Source of the DNA: an uncultured Dehalococcoidia bacterium
Lineage (GTDB): Bacteria; Chloroflexota; Dehalococcoidia; Lucifugimonadales; UBA1127
Assembly: GCA_913049785.1 (NCBI GenBank)
Contig: CAJWXP010000003.1
Location: 14,890 to 78,889 of the forward strand
DNA length: 64,000 nt
Reading direction: 5' to 3'
Below the pieces are notes generated by a model that worked only from the letters and a program-made list of their open reading frames with translations, ran no database searches and was not told the origin of the DNA. How positions within the stretch are numbered: the stretch's first letter is position 1; every line of letters starts with the position of its first letter. This document shows, in pieces, positions 25,836 through 34,609 of this stretch. The position numbers were made by a program, and so were the translations under genes.

Positions 25836-28415
25836 ATGCAGGTTCGTCGGAGTAGACCGTGGTTGGCTGTGGGCATCGCCCTTATCCTGATCGTGGCCCT
25901 AGGCGTCACATCGGCGCTTGCCGCGGAACCGGAGCAGTCCCAGACAGGCCCGGCGGTGGACAAGGTCCTGTTCAAAGCGTTCCACGTGGACCGTGCGCCG
26001 TTGGACCTGGCACAGGGCAACATGGACCTCTACCTCTTCGGTCTGAAGACCGCTGCAGCTACGGAACTACGAGGCTCAGATGACCTACAGATATTCGAGG
26101 CTCCTGCCACTACGCTGTCGATCATCTTGAACCCGGCGCCCGCACCGGAAGGTCAGCTGAACCCCTTTTCCATCCGTGACGTCCGGTGGGCCATGCAGTT
26201 CCTCATCAACCGAGATTTTGTGGCAGGCGAGATATATCGTGGCATGGCCACCCCCATGGTGACCCACGTCAGCCCCTCGGACTTCGACCAGCTCACGGTG
26301 TTCGATCTGATCCGTGATCTCAACATCCGATATGACCCTGATTTTGCCCGCAGCCTCATCAAGACCGCAATGGAAGGTGCTGGCGCGGAGATGGTGGACG
26401 GCGTCTGGAATTTCAATGACCGTTCCATCCGGCTGAAGTTCATCGTCCGCATCGAGGACGAACGGCGAGAGATCGGCGATCTCATTCGAGCAGAGCTCCG
26501 AGAGGCCGGCTTCCAGGTAGACCCGGTGTACCAGAACTTCGCCCCTGCCATCCTGACTGTCTACTCGTCCAACCCTCAGACCTTCGGCTGGCACCTGTAC
26601 ACAGAAGGTTGGGGCCGATCAGCCCCTGACCGCTATGACTTCTCGTCGATAAACCAGTTCGCTGCACCGTGGACGGGCAACATGCCCGGTTGGCGCGAGA
26701 CTGGCTTCTGGCAGTACGAGAACGATGAGCTCGATGAGGTGGGCAAGCGCATATTCACCGGCCAGTTCCGCAACTTGGAAGAGCGCAACGAACTCTACCG
26801 TCAAGCGACTCAGATCGCCCTTGAGGACTCCGTACGTCTATGGGTAGCTACGGTGGAGAACAGCTTCGCCGCGGACCGTGAACTTATCGGTGTCACACAG
26901 GACCTGGTAGCTGGCCCCAAATCGCCCTGGACATTGCGGGAGGCCTCCATCCCCGGCAAAAACGAGTTGATAGTAGGCAACCTCTGGGTCTGGACTGAGC
27001 GCACTACCTGGAACCCCGTGGGCGGCATGACAGACGTGTACAGCAATGACATCTGGAAGAACCTGAGCGATCCGCCGATTTGGAACCACCCGTTCTCAGG
27101 CGTGCCGGAGCCTATGCGCGCAACATTCAACGTGAATAGCGCTGGGCCAACGGACAAGATGTCTGTGCCTTCCGATGCGTTCGTCCTGGACCCGGAAACG
27201 GACACCTGGAAGACCATCAGCAGCGGAACACAGGCCACCAGCAAAGTGACCTTTGACTACTCCAAATACTTCTCAGCGGAGTGGCACCACGGCATACCCA
27301 TCACCATGGCGGACGTGATCTACTCCATCTATCAGAGCTTCGACATCGCCTATGACACGGACAAGTCCCTGGTAGAACGAGCCCTCGCCGTGACAGCCCG
27401 TCCGTTCCTGGACACCTTCAAGGGCTTCCGGATCCTGGACGATAACCGCCTTGAGGTCTACGTGGACTTCTGGCATTTCGAGGAGAACTACATCGCCTCG
27501 TACGCCAGCCCCACCAGCGTGTCCATGCCGTGGGAAATCTTGGCAGCTATGGACGACCTGGTGTTCGAGCAGCGCCGAGCGGCGTACAGCGACACCGCTG
27601 CCGGTCGATTCGATGTGCCGTGGATCAGCCTGGTGATGGACCGCGACTCACGACTGGTGCGAACGACACTGCTCGGCTTCCTGAAGAACGACACCGTTCC
27701 CGGAAACGTATTCGAGGTTGATGGGGAGTCGTTGACGACCCTCAGCGAAGCAAGAGAACGTTACCAGGCCGTCATCCACTGGTTCAGTGAAACAGGCCTG
27801 ATGGTCATTAGCAACGGACCGTTCAAGCTGACGCGGTACGACCCTCCGGCACAGTTCGCCGAGCTTACCGCCAACCGCCATCCCGACTACCCGTTCTCCG
27901 CCGGCGATTGGAGCTTTGGCGAAGCCGAGTTGGTGCGGCTGGCAGAAACGCCTTCGCAGCCGTTGCAGATAGGCGCTGAGAACGAGCTGTCCATCCGACT
28001 TGAAGGGCCCGGCTCACTGGGGCTTCAGTACACTCTCTACGACCCCGCGGAGAACAAGGTGTTGGCGCAGGGACTGGCCGAGCCCGGCAGTTCTGGCGGC
28101 TTTAGGATCAATCTGGACCAGACCGTGGGCGATGCTCTACAACCAGGGTTGTACCAGCTCTTCCTTGGCGCGTTCAGCGATGCCGTTTCCACCATGACGC
28201 AGCGTCGCATCGACCTGGAAGCGACGATAGACGGCCCCGTTGCGGTGATAGCTGAGTCGACAGCGGTTCCGCAGGCTGAACCGACTGTAGCCGCTGCGCA
28301 GCATGAAGAGGAAAGTGGTGGCGGGTGTGGTCGAGGTAGCGACATCGAACTGGCATACCCGTTGGCTGGACTCGCGCTGCTTGGGCTGATGTTCCGAAGG
28401 CGATTGGTCGGTTAG
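25836..28415 (+). CDS. ABC transporter substrate-binding protein, family 5 (peptide/nickel type), enlarged, with C-terminal GGGCG-TM-RRR anchor
   Basis: Signal peptide, SBP_bac_5-like body, extra C-terminal ~250 aa, ending EESGGGCGRGSDIELAYPLAGLALLGLMFRRRLVG. Confidence 0.85.
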   Translation: MQVRRSRPWLAVGIALILIVALGVTSALAAEPEQSQTGPAVDKVLFKAFHVDRAPLDLAQGNMDLYLFGLKTAAATELRGSDDLQIFEAPATTLSIILNPAPAPEGQLNPFSIRDVRWAMQFLINRDFVAGEIYRGMATPMVTHVSPSDFDQLTVFDLIRDLNIRYDPDFARSLIKTAMEGAGAEMVDGVWNFNDRSIRLKFIVRIEDERREIGDLIRAELREAGFQVDPVYQNFAPAILTVYSSNPQTFGWHLYTEGWGRSAPDRYDFSSINQFAAPWTGNMPGWRETGFWQYENDELDEVGKRIFTGQFRNLEERNELYRQATQIALEDSVRLWVATVENSFAADRELIGVTQDLVAGPKSPWTLREASIPGKNELIVGNLWVWTERTTWNPVGGMTDVYSNDIWKNLSDPPIWNHPFSGVPEPMRATFNVNSAGPTDKMSVPSDAFVLDPETDTWKTISSGTQATSKVTFDYSKYFSAEWHHGIPITMADVIYSIYQSFDIAYDTDKSLVERALAVTARPFLDTFKGFRILDDNRLEVYVDFWHFEENYIASYASPTSVSMPWEILAAMDDLVFEQRRAAYSDTAAGRFDVPWISLVMDRDSRLVRTTLLGFLKNDTVPGNVFEVDGESLTTLSEARERYQAVIHWFSETGLMVISNGPFKLTRYDPPAQFAELTANRHPDYPFSAGDWSFGEAELVRLAETPSQPLQIGAENELSIRLEGPGSLGLQYTLYDPAENKVLAQGLAEPGSSGGFRINLDQTVGDALQPGLYQLFLGAFSDAVSTMTQRRIDLEATIDGPVAVIAESTAVPQAEPTVAAAQHEEESGGGCGRGSDIELAYPLAGLALLGLMFRRRLVG

Positions 28416-28558
28416 TCGTTTGGCGCCATTGTGGACAAGAACATGATTACTGACACGTACTGAGTGTGAAATGTGACACCCTGCCGCTTGCCCCTTCGAT
28501 ATACTAGGGGCGGGCGGTTCGTCCTTTCAGGGAGACTCAACGCAACAAAGAGGTAACC

Positions 28559-29611
28559 TTGGCCCTAGTGCGCACCCTCGGCCTCCGCGCTGCCACGCTG
28601 CTGGGCGTACTGCTCACGGTGCTGGTACTGCTGGTGGTCACCCTGGGCGCGTCCGGCTTTTCTGACCGCATCCTCACTGCCGTCATCAACGAGGAGATAC
28701 GCGGCCTCCGCACCTCTCAAGCTACTCAGAGTCGTAACCCCGATGCGTTGGAAGCTGCTCTGGAAGTCCGCCGTGCTGAGCTGATTGAGTTCTATGGACT
28801 TGACCGGGCCTGGTGGCAACGAATGCCGGACACCGTCTTCCGCGTCATCACGCTCGACCTTGGTGAGGCACGTACACTCCGCAGCTCCGAGGGAAGTCGC
28901 AAGGTGTCCGACATCGTGCTGGAGCGACTCCCCAACACCGCTCTGCTGCTGACCTCTAGCCTGATCATCACAGCCGTCATTGGCATGGCCGTGGGCGTGA
29001 AGATGGCCACGCGTGTCGGCAGCAAGATCGATCGCACGGTCTCGTTTGGCGCAGCGATCTCCTTCGCCCTGCCGGCATGGTGGACGGGCATCCTCCTCAT
29101 ACTGCTCCTGTCTTTCACGTTCAATATTCTGCCTAGCGGTGGCATGTACAGCACCCCCCCACCCGAAGGGGGATTTTCAAGGTTCTTTGACCTGCTCAAA
29201 CACGCTCTGCTCCCCATCATCACGCTGGTTTTGGTGAGCGTAGGCCCGTACCTGTATTCCGTGCGCACCATGACCCTGAACGTAGCTCAGGAGGATCACG
29301 TGCTGGTCGCCAGGGCCAAGGGGCTTCGCGAGGGACTGGTCATGCGGCAACACATCCTGAGGGTGGCCGCTCCACCCATCGTCACCGGGCTCATCCTGAG
29401 TCTCGTGGGCTCCCTTAGCGGATCGATCCTGGTGGAGACCGTGTTCAACTGGAACGGCATGGGCCGACTCTACTTCGAGGCGGTGGCCGGGACCCCGGAC
29501 GAGGGTCTCATCGTTGCGTTGACCTTCATCTTCACGCTGATGTACGTAGTGGCCAGGTTCGTGCTGGAAGTCCTGTACCTCCTGCTCGACCCGCGTGTAC
29601 GGTACGCATGA
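28559..29611 (+). CDS. ABC transporter permease (DppB/OppB family)
   Basis: Six TM helices. BPD_transp_1 EAA-like loop (ARAKGLREGLVMRQHILR). Confidence 0.9.
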   Translation: MALVRTLGLRAATLLGVLLTVLVLLVVTLGASGFSDRILTAVINEEIRGLRTSQATQSRNPDALEAALEVRRAELIEFYGLDRAWWQRMPDTVFRVITLDLGEARTLRSSEGSRKVSDIVLERLPNTALLLTSSLIITAVIGMAVGVKMATRVGSKIDRTVSFGAAISFALPAWWTGILLILLLSFTFNILPSGGMYSTPPPEGGFSRFFDLLKHALLPIITLVLVSVGPYLYSVRTMTLNVAQEDHVLVARAKGLREGLVMRQHILRVAAPPIVTGLILSLVGSLSGSILVETVFNWNGMGRLYFEAVAGTPDEGLIVALTFIFTLMYVVARFVLEVLYLLLDPRVRYA

Positions 29612-29631
29612 ATAAAATATTCACTTCATAC

Positions 29632-29686
29632 TGGGAGTCCAGAGGGTCGAGCCCTCTGGCAGGGAGACCGAGGGCACATCCCTCGG
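29632..29686. repeat. family-B repeat (two hairpins)
   Basis: TGGGAGTCCAGAGGGTCGAGCCCTCTGGCAGGGAGACCGAGGGCACATCCCTCGG, between the two permease genes. Confidence 0.6.
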
Positions 29687-29699
29687 CTAAGAGCGCCGC

Positions 29700-31139
29700 A
29701 TGAACATCAAGTTCAGCGATGCCCTGAAAGTCATTGTCAGTAGCCACATCGGCAAAGCGGGCCTCATGCTGCTGGCCTTCCTGGTCGGCGTCTCGATTTG
29801 GGTTCTCGCTACCTATCCACTGGACTTCGGCACCAAAGAGTGGAGCAATCCCACGGTCTGGGCCGACAACCCCAAGGCGGTGCCGCCCAAGTGGGTGAAC
29901 CTGCTGCCGGGCACTGACCGCGTGGCCCACAGCGTACTGGAGTCGGACACTCCGGACGATGTCCGCACAGCGGGTTGGGTGAAAGCGGAGACCTACCTCA
30001 TGCCCGTCTCCCACGACTTCGACGACTTCCCCACGTTCCTCTCCTTCACTATGAACGATGTGAAGTTCCAGGGAAGACCGCCGCTGATCACGCTATCGTT
30101 GGCGAGGCCAGACGGCACCACGGTGAAGCTGCTGCAACACGTGCCGTCGGGAGCCCGGGACGGCGAGACTGCACCCATCATCCGCTACGAGCAGACACCC
30201 TTTCGACTGTTGCTCAGCGCCGACCAGACGGTGCGTGCTGCGCTTGCCGACTTTCACAACGAACAGTACGGCACGGACTACAACGAGCGTGACCTCCGTG
30301 GCCTTGGCGACCAGGCGGCGTTCGGTGTACCGATCCCTGGCGATGAAGCGGCCTTTGAGTCGCTGCGTGGCGACTACGAGTTCGTGGTGGATATCACCTT
30401 CGCCAGCACGGAAGACAGCCTGGGGAGCGTGAAGGCGGTCGTAGGTGGCGATGTCTTCGGCGGCATGGGCACAGACTCTCAGGGTCGGGACCTGGCCGTG
30501 GGGTTGCTCTTCGGGTTCCCGGTAGCGTTGTTTATCGGACTACTCGCTTCCACCCTCACTACCACAATCGGCACATCGCTAGGCGTCGTCAGCGGCTACA
30601 TGGGCGGCTGGGTGGACACCGCCATCCAAAGACTCTCGGACGTGGTGGCCAACGTACCCTTGCTGCCCATCCTCATCTTCATGGTCATTGTCCTGGGGTC
30701 AAACCTCTTCCTTATTATCCTTGTGCTTGTCGCATTCAGTTGGCCAGGCCTTACTATCCTCATCCGCAGCATGGTGCTCCAGCTTCGTTCAGGCCAGCTT
30801 ATCGAGGCGACGCAGGCCCTTGGCGCATCCAAGACGCGCATCATGATCCGTCACATCTTCCCGCAGACCGCGCCCTTCGTCTTTGCCCAGATGATCTTCT
30901 TCACCCCGGCGGCCATCCTAGCGGAGGCTGGTCTGAGCTTCCTGGGCCTGGGTGACCCGTCCATCCCCACGTGGGGGCAGATATTGGAGCAGGGCTTCCG
31001 TACGGGAGCGGTCTATGTGGGCTATTGGTGGTGGGTGCTGCCACCGGGGCTGCTCATCGTGCTGACGGCAATGGCCTTCGTGCTCATCGCCCTGGCGATC
31101 GAGCCTGTCCTCAATCCCAGACTCCGCACCATGCGCTAG
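29700..31139 (+). CDS. ABC transporter permease (DppC/OppC family) with large N-terminal extracytoplasmic insert
   Basis: N-terminal TM helix, ~230-aa loop, then DppC-like core (GTDSQGRDL, ATQALGASKTRIMIRHIFP). Confidence 0.9.
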   Translation: MNIKFSDALKVIVSSHIGKAGLMLLAFLVGVSIWVLATYPLDFGTKEWSNPTVWADNPKAVPPKWVNLLPGTDRVAHSVLESDTPDDVRTAGWVKAETYLMPVSHDFDDFPTFLSFTMNDVKFQGRPPLITLSLARPDGTTVKLLQHVPSGARDGETAPIIRYEQTPFRLLLSADQTVRAALADFHNEQYGTDYNERDLRGLGDQAAFGVPIPGDEAAFESLRGDYEFVVDITFASTEDSLGSVKAVVGGDVFGGMGTDSQGRDLAVGLLFGFPVALFIGLLASTLTTTIGTSLGVVSGYMGGWVDTAIQRLSDVVANVPLLPILIFMVIVLGSNLFLIILVLVAFSWPGLTILIRSMVLQLRSGQLIEATQALGASKTRIMIRHIFPQTAPFVFAQMIFFTPAAILAEAGLSFLGLGDPSIPTWGQILEQGFRTGAVYVGYWWWVLPPGLLIVLTAMAFVLIALAIEPVLNPRLRTMR

Positions 31140-31178
31140 GCAGGGTTTTACCCTGCACCCACGTGACCTGCGGTTACC
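31137..31178 (+). repeat. family-A stop-codon-abutting bipartite element
   Basis: TAG-GCAGGGTTTTACCCTGC-ACC-CACGTGA-CCTGCGGTTACC. The TAG is the permease stop. Confidence 0.8.
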
Positions 31179-31218
31179 CAACAACGTTTAACATTCAGCC
31201 CCACAAACCTCGCGAAAT

Positions 31219-31252
31219 CCACTCCCTCGCGGGGGAGGGCTTAGTGCGGGGG
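31219..31252. repeat. family-P hairpin repeat
   Basis: CCACTCCCTCGCGGGGGAGGGCTTAGTGCGGGGG. Confidence 0.6.
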
Positions 31253-31265
31253 AATTGGTCCCAAT

Positions 31266-31351
31266 GTCATTCTGAGCACCGTCCTGAGCCTGTCGAAGGG
31301 CAAAGCGAAGAATCTCCCTCTCTGCCCTGCACCAATATGCCTGCGATTACC
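31266..31351 (+). repeat. composite family-C + partial family-A repeat
   Basis: GTCATTCTGAGCACCGTCCTGAGCCTGTCGAAGGGCAAAGCGAAGAATCT...CTGCCCTGCACCAATATGCCTGCGATTACC. Confidence 0.7.
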
Positions 31352-31495
31352 TAACAAGAACTAACCTTTGTAGCTTCGCCTCTCCTGCGCTGCGGTCTCC
31401 CCAGCGCTGGGCAACAGTCTTTTTGGACTACTGTCCCTCACGTTGACACGCCATCATGCGGGTCTACAATGGCCGCATGGTGGAGGAGGGGAGCA

Positions 31496-32494
31496 ATGAA
31501 CAACAATGTTACGGTGATGGTCGGCTCGGTTGGACAAGGGGTTCATCGGAGCACAGATGGCGGCCAGACTTGGAGCCGGATAAGTGTTGGGCAGGGACTT
31601 CATTCCGATGCGATCGTTCGTACTTTAGCTGTACATCCTACAAACGCGCTTGAAATACTTTGTGGCACCGATCTGGGTCTCTACAAAAGCGTTGACTCTG
31701 GTGCATCTTGGAGCCGGGTTGACTCTGCGCTGAACGAATTTTGCGTGTGGAGTCTTGCTATTGATCCAAACAATCCCAAGGTGATTTTTGCCGGGACCGG
31801 AACACCGACCCCAGCGAGGATATTCCGTTCTACCAACGGCGGGCTGACCTGGAGTCAGCGGCCAATGGACGTGGCGGATGAGTGCGCAGCGGTTGGGGTC
31901 CCCCGGATTACCGGGATTGCCATAGACCCGGATAATTCCAAGAGCATATGGGCCGGAATAGAGGTAGATGGGCTCCGTCACAGCGCCGATGGTGGAGACT
32001 CTTGGAGTCGTGTTGGTGAGTCCATCCCAAATATGGATTTCCATAACGTCTCCGTGGTATCAGGGCCCCCAAAGAGGGTTTTCGCAATAGTCAACAACGA
32101 TGCTTATTTTAGCGAGGATGAAGGCGAAAGTTGGGAGTCGGTGCGCGCCAGAGAGAACTTTCCGTGGACGTATTCTCGGGGGGTCTGTACCTCACCGGCG
32201 AATGGGAAAACTCTCTTTGTTACGATTGGAGACACTACCCCAGGCAGTGACGGAGCGGTGATGCGATCAGACGACACTGGTAAGACGTGGGAGCGTGTAC
32301 CTCTACCGGACCAGCCCAACTCCGCTATGTGGGTTGTCAATCTCCAGGCATGGGACCCTGAAGTTGTCTTCGCCGCAAGCCGGTATGGTTACCTGTACCG
32401 AAGTGACGACGCAGGCCACTCTTGGTCACGGATTGGCAGGGAGTTCAGTGAGGTCTCATCGATAATTTGGGTTCCGACTCAATCGCCGAACTAG
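31496..32494 (+). CDS. seven-bladed Asp-box (BNR) beta-propeller protein (Ycf48/sialidase-like fold), no signal peptide seen
   Basis: STDGGQTW, SVDSGASW, STNGGLTW, SADGGDSW, SEDEGESW, SDDTGKTW, SDDAGHSW. ATG 31496 is preceded by GGAGGAGGGGAG. Confidence 0.8.
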   Translation: MNNNVTVMVGSVGQGVHRSTDGGQTWSRISVGQGLHSDAIVRTLAVHPTNALEILCGTDLGLYKSVDSGASWSRVDSALNEFCVWSLAIDPNNPKVIFAGTGTPTPARIFRSTNGGLTWSQRPMDVADECAAVGVPRITGIAIDPDNSKSIWAGIEVDGLRHSADGGDSWSRVGESIPNMDFHNVSVVSGPPKRVFAIVNNDAYFSEDEGESWESVRARENFPWTYSRGVCTSPANGKTLFVTIGDTTPGSDGAVMRSDDTGKTWERVPLPDQPNSAMWVVNLQAWDPEVVFAASRYGYLYRSDDAGHSWSRIGREFSEVSSIIWVPTQSPN

Positions 32495-32550
32495 ATATCT
32501 CTGAAACGGACACCTCCCAGTTCCTAACGATGCGTTATCGGGGTATGGTT

Positions 32551-32629
32551 GTCGTCCGTCCTGAGCCTGTCGAAGGGCACAGCGAAGAATCTACCTCTCT
32601 GCCCTGCACCCACATGACCTGGGGTTACC
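32551..32629 (+). repeat. composite family-C + partial family-A repeat
   Basis: GTCGTCCGTCCTGAGCCTGTCGAAGGGCACAGCGAAGAATCT...CTGCCCTGCACCCACATGACCTGGGGTTACC. Near-duplicate of 31266..31351. Confidence 0.7.
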
Positions 32630-32662
32630 TGCCTTGTGCTTTGCCCCACAGCATTTTTCCTT

Positions 32663-32691
32663 GTCGCTCATCCTGAGCCTGTCGAAGGATC
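32663..32691 (+). repeat. family-C repeat core
   Basis: GTCGCTCATCCTGAGCCTGTCGAAGGATC. Confidence 0.6.
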
Positions 32692-32780
32692 AAGTAAGCA
32701 GTTTCCTACTTCCATTCTGCGCAGCCCTCAAAGGGAAGGCCAACCGAAGAGTCTGACGCTCCGGCCTACACACTTATGAA

Positions 32781-32804
32781 TCCCCTTCCCCGTCGGGGGA
32801 GGCG
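32781..32804. repeat. family-P hairpin repeat
   Basis: TCCCCTTCCCCGTCGGGGGAGGCG. Confidence 0.6.
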
Positions 32805-32903
32805 TACTCAAATGCCCCCACTCTTCTACAGGACACCAACCCTCGCCCTCAATGTCCGCCAGGAGTATGGGTCCAGGGCAATGCCCTGGGATATACTGAA
32901 TAC

Positions 32904-33194
32904 ATGCTCTTCAAAGTAACTAATGAAGCCTTGGCAGCCCTCCACCACGGACGGGTAGACGAAGGGCATCCAGAGGATCAGGTCATGCGGGTGATTTGGG
33001 ATGAGGACGACCTGGCCTTTGAACTGGACTTCCCGGACATGATGGACATGGTCTACAAGTGGGAAGGGGTGCCAGTGCTGCTAGTCGACCCGGAGATGAA
33101 CCGCGATTTTGGCGATATGACTCTGGATGTCACCGCCCAGGACGGCACCTTCAACTTCTTCATGACGGAAGATGAATCCGACGACGAAGCGTGA
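32904..33194 (+). CDS. small acidic protein (HesB/IscA-like topology but without cysteines)
   Basis: 96 aa. Pattern ..L..E...RVIWDEDDLAFELDF......WEGVPVLVD.....FGDMTLDV loosely follows the IscA fold pattern. A TATACT -10 at 32892-32897 would make it near-leaderless. Confidence 0.5.
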   Translation: MLFKVTNEALAALHHGRVDEGHPEDQVMRVIWDEDDLAFELDFPDMMDMVYKWEGVPVLLVDPEMNRDFGDMTLDVTAQDGTFNFFMTEDESDDEA

Positions 33195-33224
33195 CCTAAC
33201 ACCGCGTCTCCTGTGGTCGCCATG

Positions 33225-33280
33225 TCCCCTCCCCTCGCAGGGAAGGGCGGAGCCTGCCCTGAGCGTAGCCGAAGGGGTGG
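33225..33280. repeat. family-P hairpin followed by a family-C-like core
   Basis: TCCCCTCCCCTCGCAGGGAAGGGCGG, then GCCTGCCCTGAGCGTAGCCGAAGGGGTGG. Confidence 0.55.
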
Positions 33281-33333
33281 GGTAGCAAAAGGGGCAACGC
33301 CTTATCATCACCCTCTAGCCCCATTCGGAAGAA

Positions 33334-33364
33334 GTTCCGCTCATCCTGAGCGTGTCGAAGGATG
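33334..33364 (+). repeat. family-C repeat core
   Basis: GTTCCGCTCATCCTGAGCGTGTCGAAGGATG. Confidence 0.6.
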
Positions 33365-33397
33365 GAACTTCCTCAACTCCATCACAAGCCCCTCTTA

Positions 33398-33496
33398 GGT
33401 AACCGCCAGATCATGTAGGTCCAGGGCAAGCCCCACCGTCAGGTCGGTCTTTAGTCCCCTCGCCGCAGCGACACTTGGGTGCAGGGCTAGCCCTGC
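33398..33496 (-). repeat. two tandem family-A elements downstream of the DDN gene
   Basis: On the minus strand: CAGGGC-TAG-CCCTGCACC..., where the stop codon lies in the hairpin loop. A second copy follows: CCCTGGACCTACATGATCTGGCGGTTACC. Confidence 0.7.
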
Positions 33497-33903
33497 CTGG
33501 TGAACACCACTACAGGGATCTGCCTCGGCGCCTTCTGCTCGTACTCGCCAAAGATCGGCTCGGCTGCTACCTGTCGAGTGAACAGCGCGTCACGCTCAGC
33601 GCCACTGGCGATGGTTGCCTGCGCCTGGAACGTCTCGCTGCCCACTTCCAACGTCACCGTGGGGTTCGCGACGATGTTGTGATACCAGTCCGGGTTGGTT
33701 GGCCCGCCACCCTTGGACGCGAACACCACACACCGATCACCATCCTGCATGTACATCAGCGGGTTCGTCCGTTGCTTGCCTGACTTCGCGCCGGTGGTCG
33801 TCAGCAGCAGCAATGGTCTCCCTTCAAACCGGCCTCCAGCTTTACCACCGTTACTCCGGAACTCCTCAATGACTGGTTGATTCATCTCGTTGAAATTCGT
33901 CAC
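33487..33903 (-). CDS. deazaflavin (F420H2)-dependent nitroreductase family (DDN-like) protein
   Basis: EEFRSNGGKAGGRFEGRPLLLLTTTGAKSG, NPDWYHN and IPVVVF motifs. GTG 33903 is preceded by AAGGAG. Confidence 0.85.
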   Translation of the reverse strand: MTNFNEMNQPVIEEFRSNGGKAGGRFEGRPLLLLTTTGAKSGKQRTNPLMYMQDGDRCVVFASKGGGPTNPDWYHNIVANPTVTLEVGSETFQAQATIASGAERDALFTRQVAAEPIFGEYEQKAPRQIPVVVFTRQG

Positions 33904-33952
33904 AGCAATCTCCTTGTTCGATGGTTCAAGCGACCCATTATGCCATACCAGT

Positions 33953-34498
33953 TTATGACCGGGCCTCCTCAACCACCTCAAACCCGCCCACGATGCGAAG
34001 CTTGTCGCTGGGCACGCCGATGGGTCTGTTGCCGTTCAGGATGGTGACTCGACCCTTTACCACATCAAGGCGTATCTGCTGGTACCGCCCGACTTCCAAC
34101 TCAGCCTGGCCGAGTATCTCCTCGATGCCATCAAGCTTCAGCAGATCGAACTCGAATGGCCCTTCAGCCACCATCTGCCAGCCACTCTCATCGTCACCGC
34201 CGGAGCGATGAACCTCCACATTCTCAATGGTCAGCACGATCTCCGTGGGGTCGTCGGCTGGTTGGTCTGTGACGCGAACCTCTAGCGTGCCTGTAGGCCT
34301 TACGGTTGGAGGGGGTGTCGTCGCGGTTGGTGGCGCAACTGTTGCAGGAATCGATGTCGCAGCGCTTTGAGCCGGCACGTCAGAGCCGCTGCTGCCGCAT
34401 GCGGCAGCCACCTCGCGATGATGACGAAGATCGGGAAGAGGACCGAGGCTCGCTTGATGCTGGTCAGGTTCGACATGCTCCACCCCCTGCGTACTCAC
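33953..34498 (-). CDS. DUF4382 lipoprotein with apparent frameshift inside the signal peptide
   Basis: The mature part (LEVRVTDQPADD...FDLLKL...GRYQQIRL...VPSDKLRIVG) is DUF4382-like, with lipobox VAAAC-G. A proper SD+ATG (34476) and hydrophobic leader MSNLTSIKRASVLFPIFVIIA lie in a different frame. Confidence 0.7.
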   Translation of the reverse strand: MSTQGVEHVEPDQHQASLGPLPDLRHHREVAAACGSSGSDVPAQSAATSIPATVAPPTATTPPPTVRPTGTLEVRVTDQPADDPTEIVLTIENVEVHRSGGDDESGWQMVAEGPFEFDLLKLDGIEEILGQAELEVGRYQQIRLDVVKGRVTILNGNRPIGVPSDKLRIVGGFEVVEEARS

Positions 34499-34576
34499 AT
34501 CACTCCCTGGTACGTCGATACCGTGCCGACAGTTTCAGCCCGGGTAGGCAGTGCGTCAAGGCAGGTGACATCCCTT

Positions 34577-34609
34577 GGTTAACTGTCAGGAACACGGGTC
34601 AAGACTTTA
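34577..34609 (-). repeat. degenerate family-A element abutting the MFS stop codon
   Basis: On the minus strand: TAA-AGTCTTGACCCGTGTT-CCTGACAGTTAACC. Confidence 0.5.

Noticed and set aside
31140-33500. CRISPR array or tandem-repeat locus in the repeat-dense region.
   Set aside because: The repeats belong to three different families, are irregularly spaced, occur in both orientations and are palindromic. There is no constant repeat-spacer periodicity and there are no cas genes.
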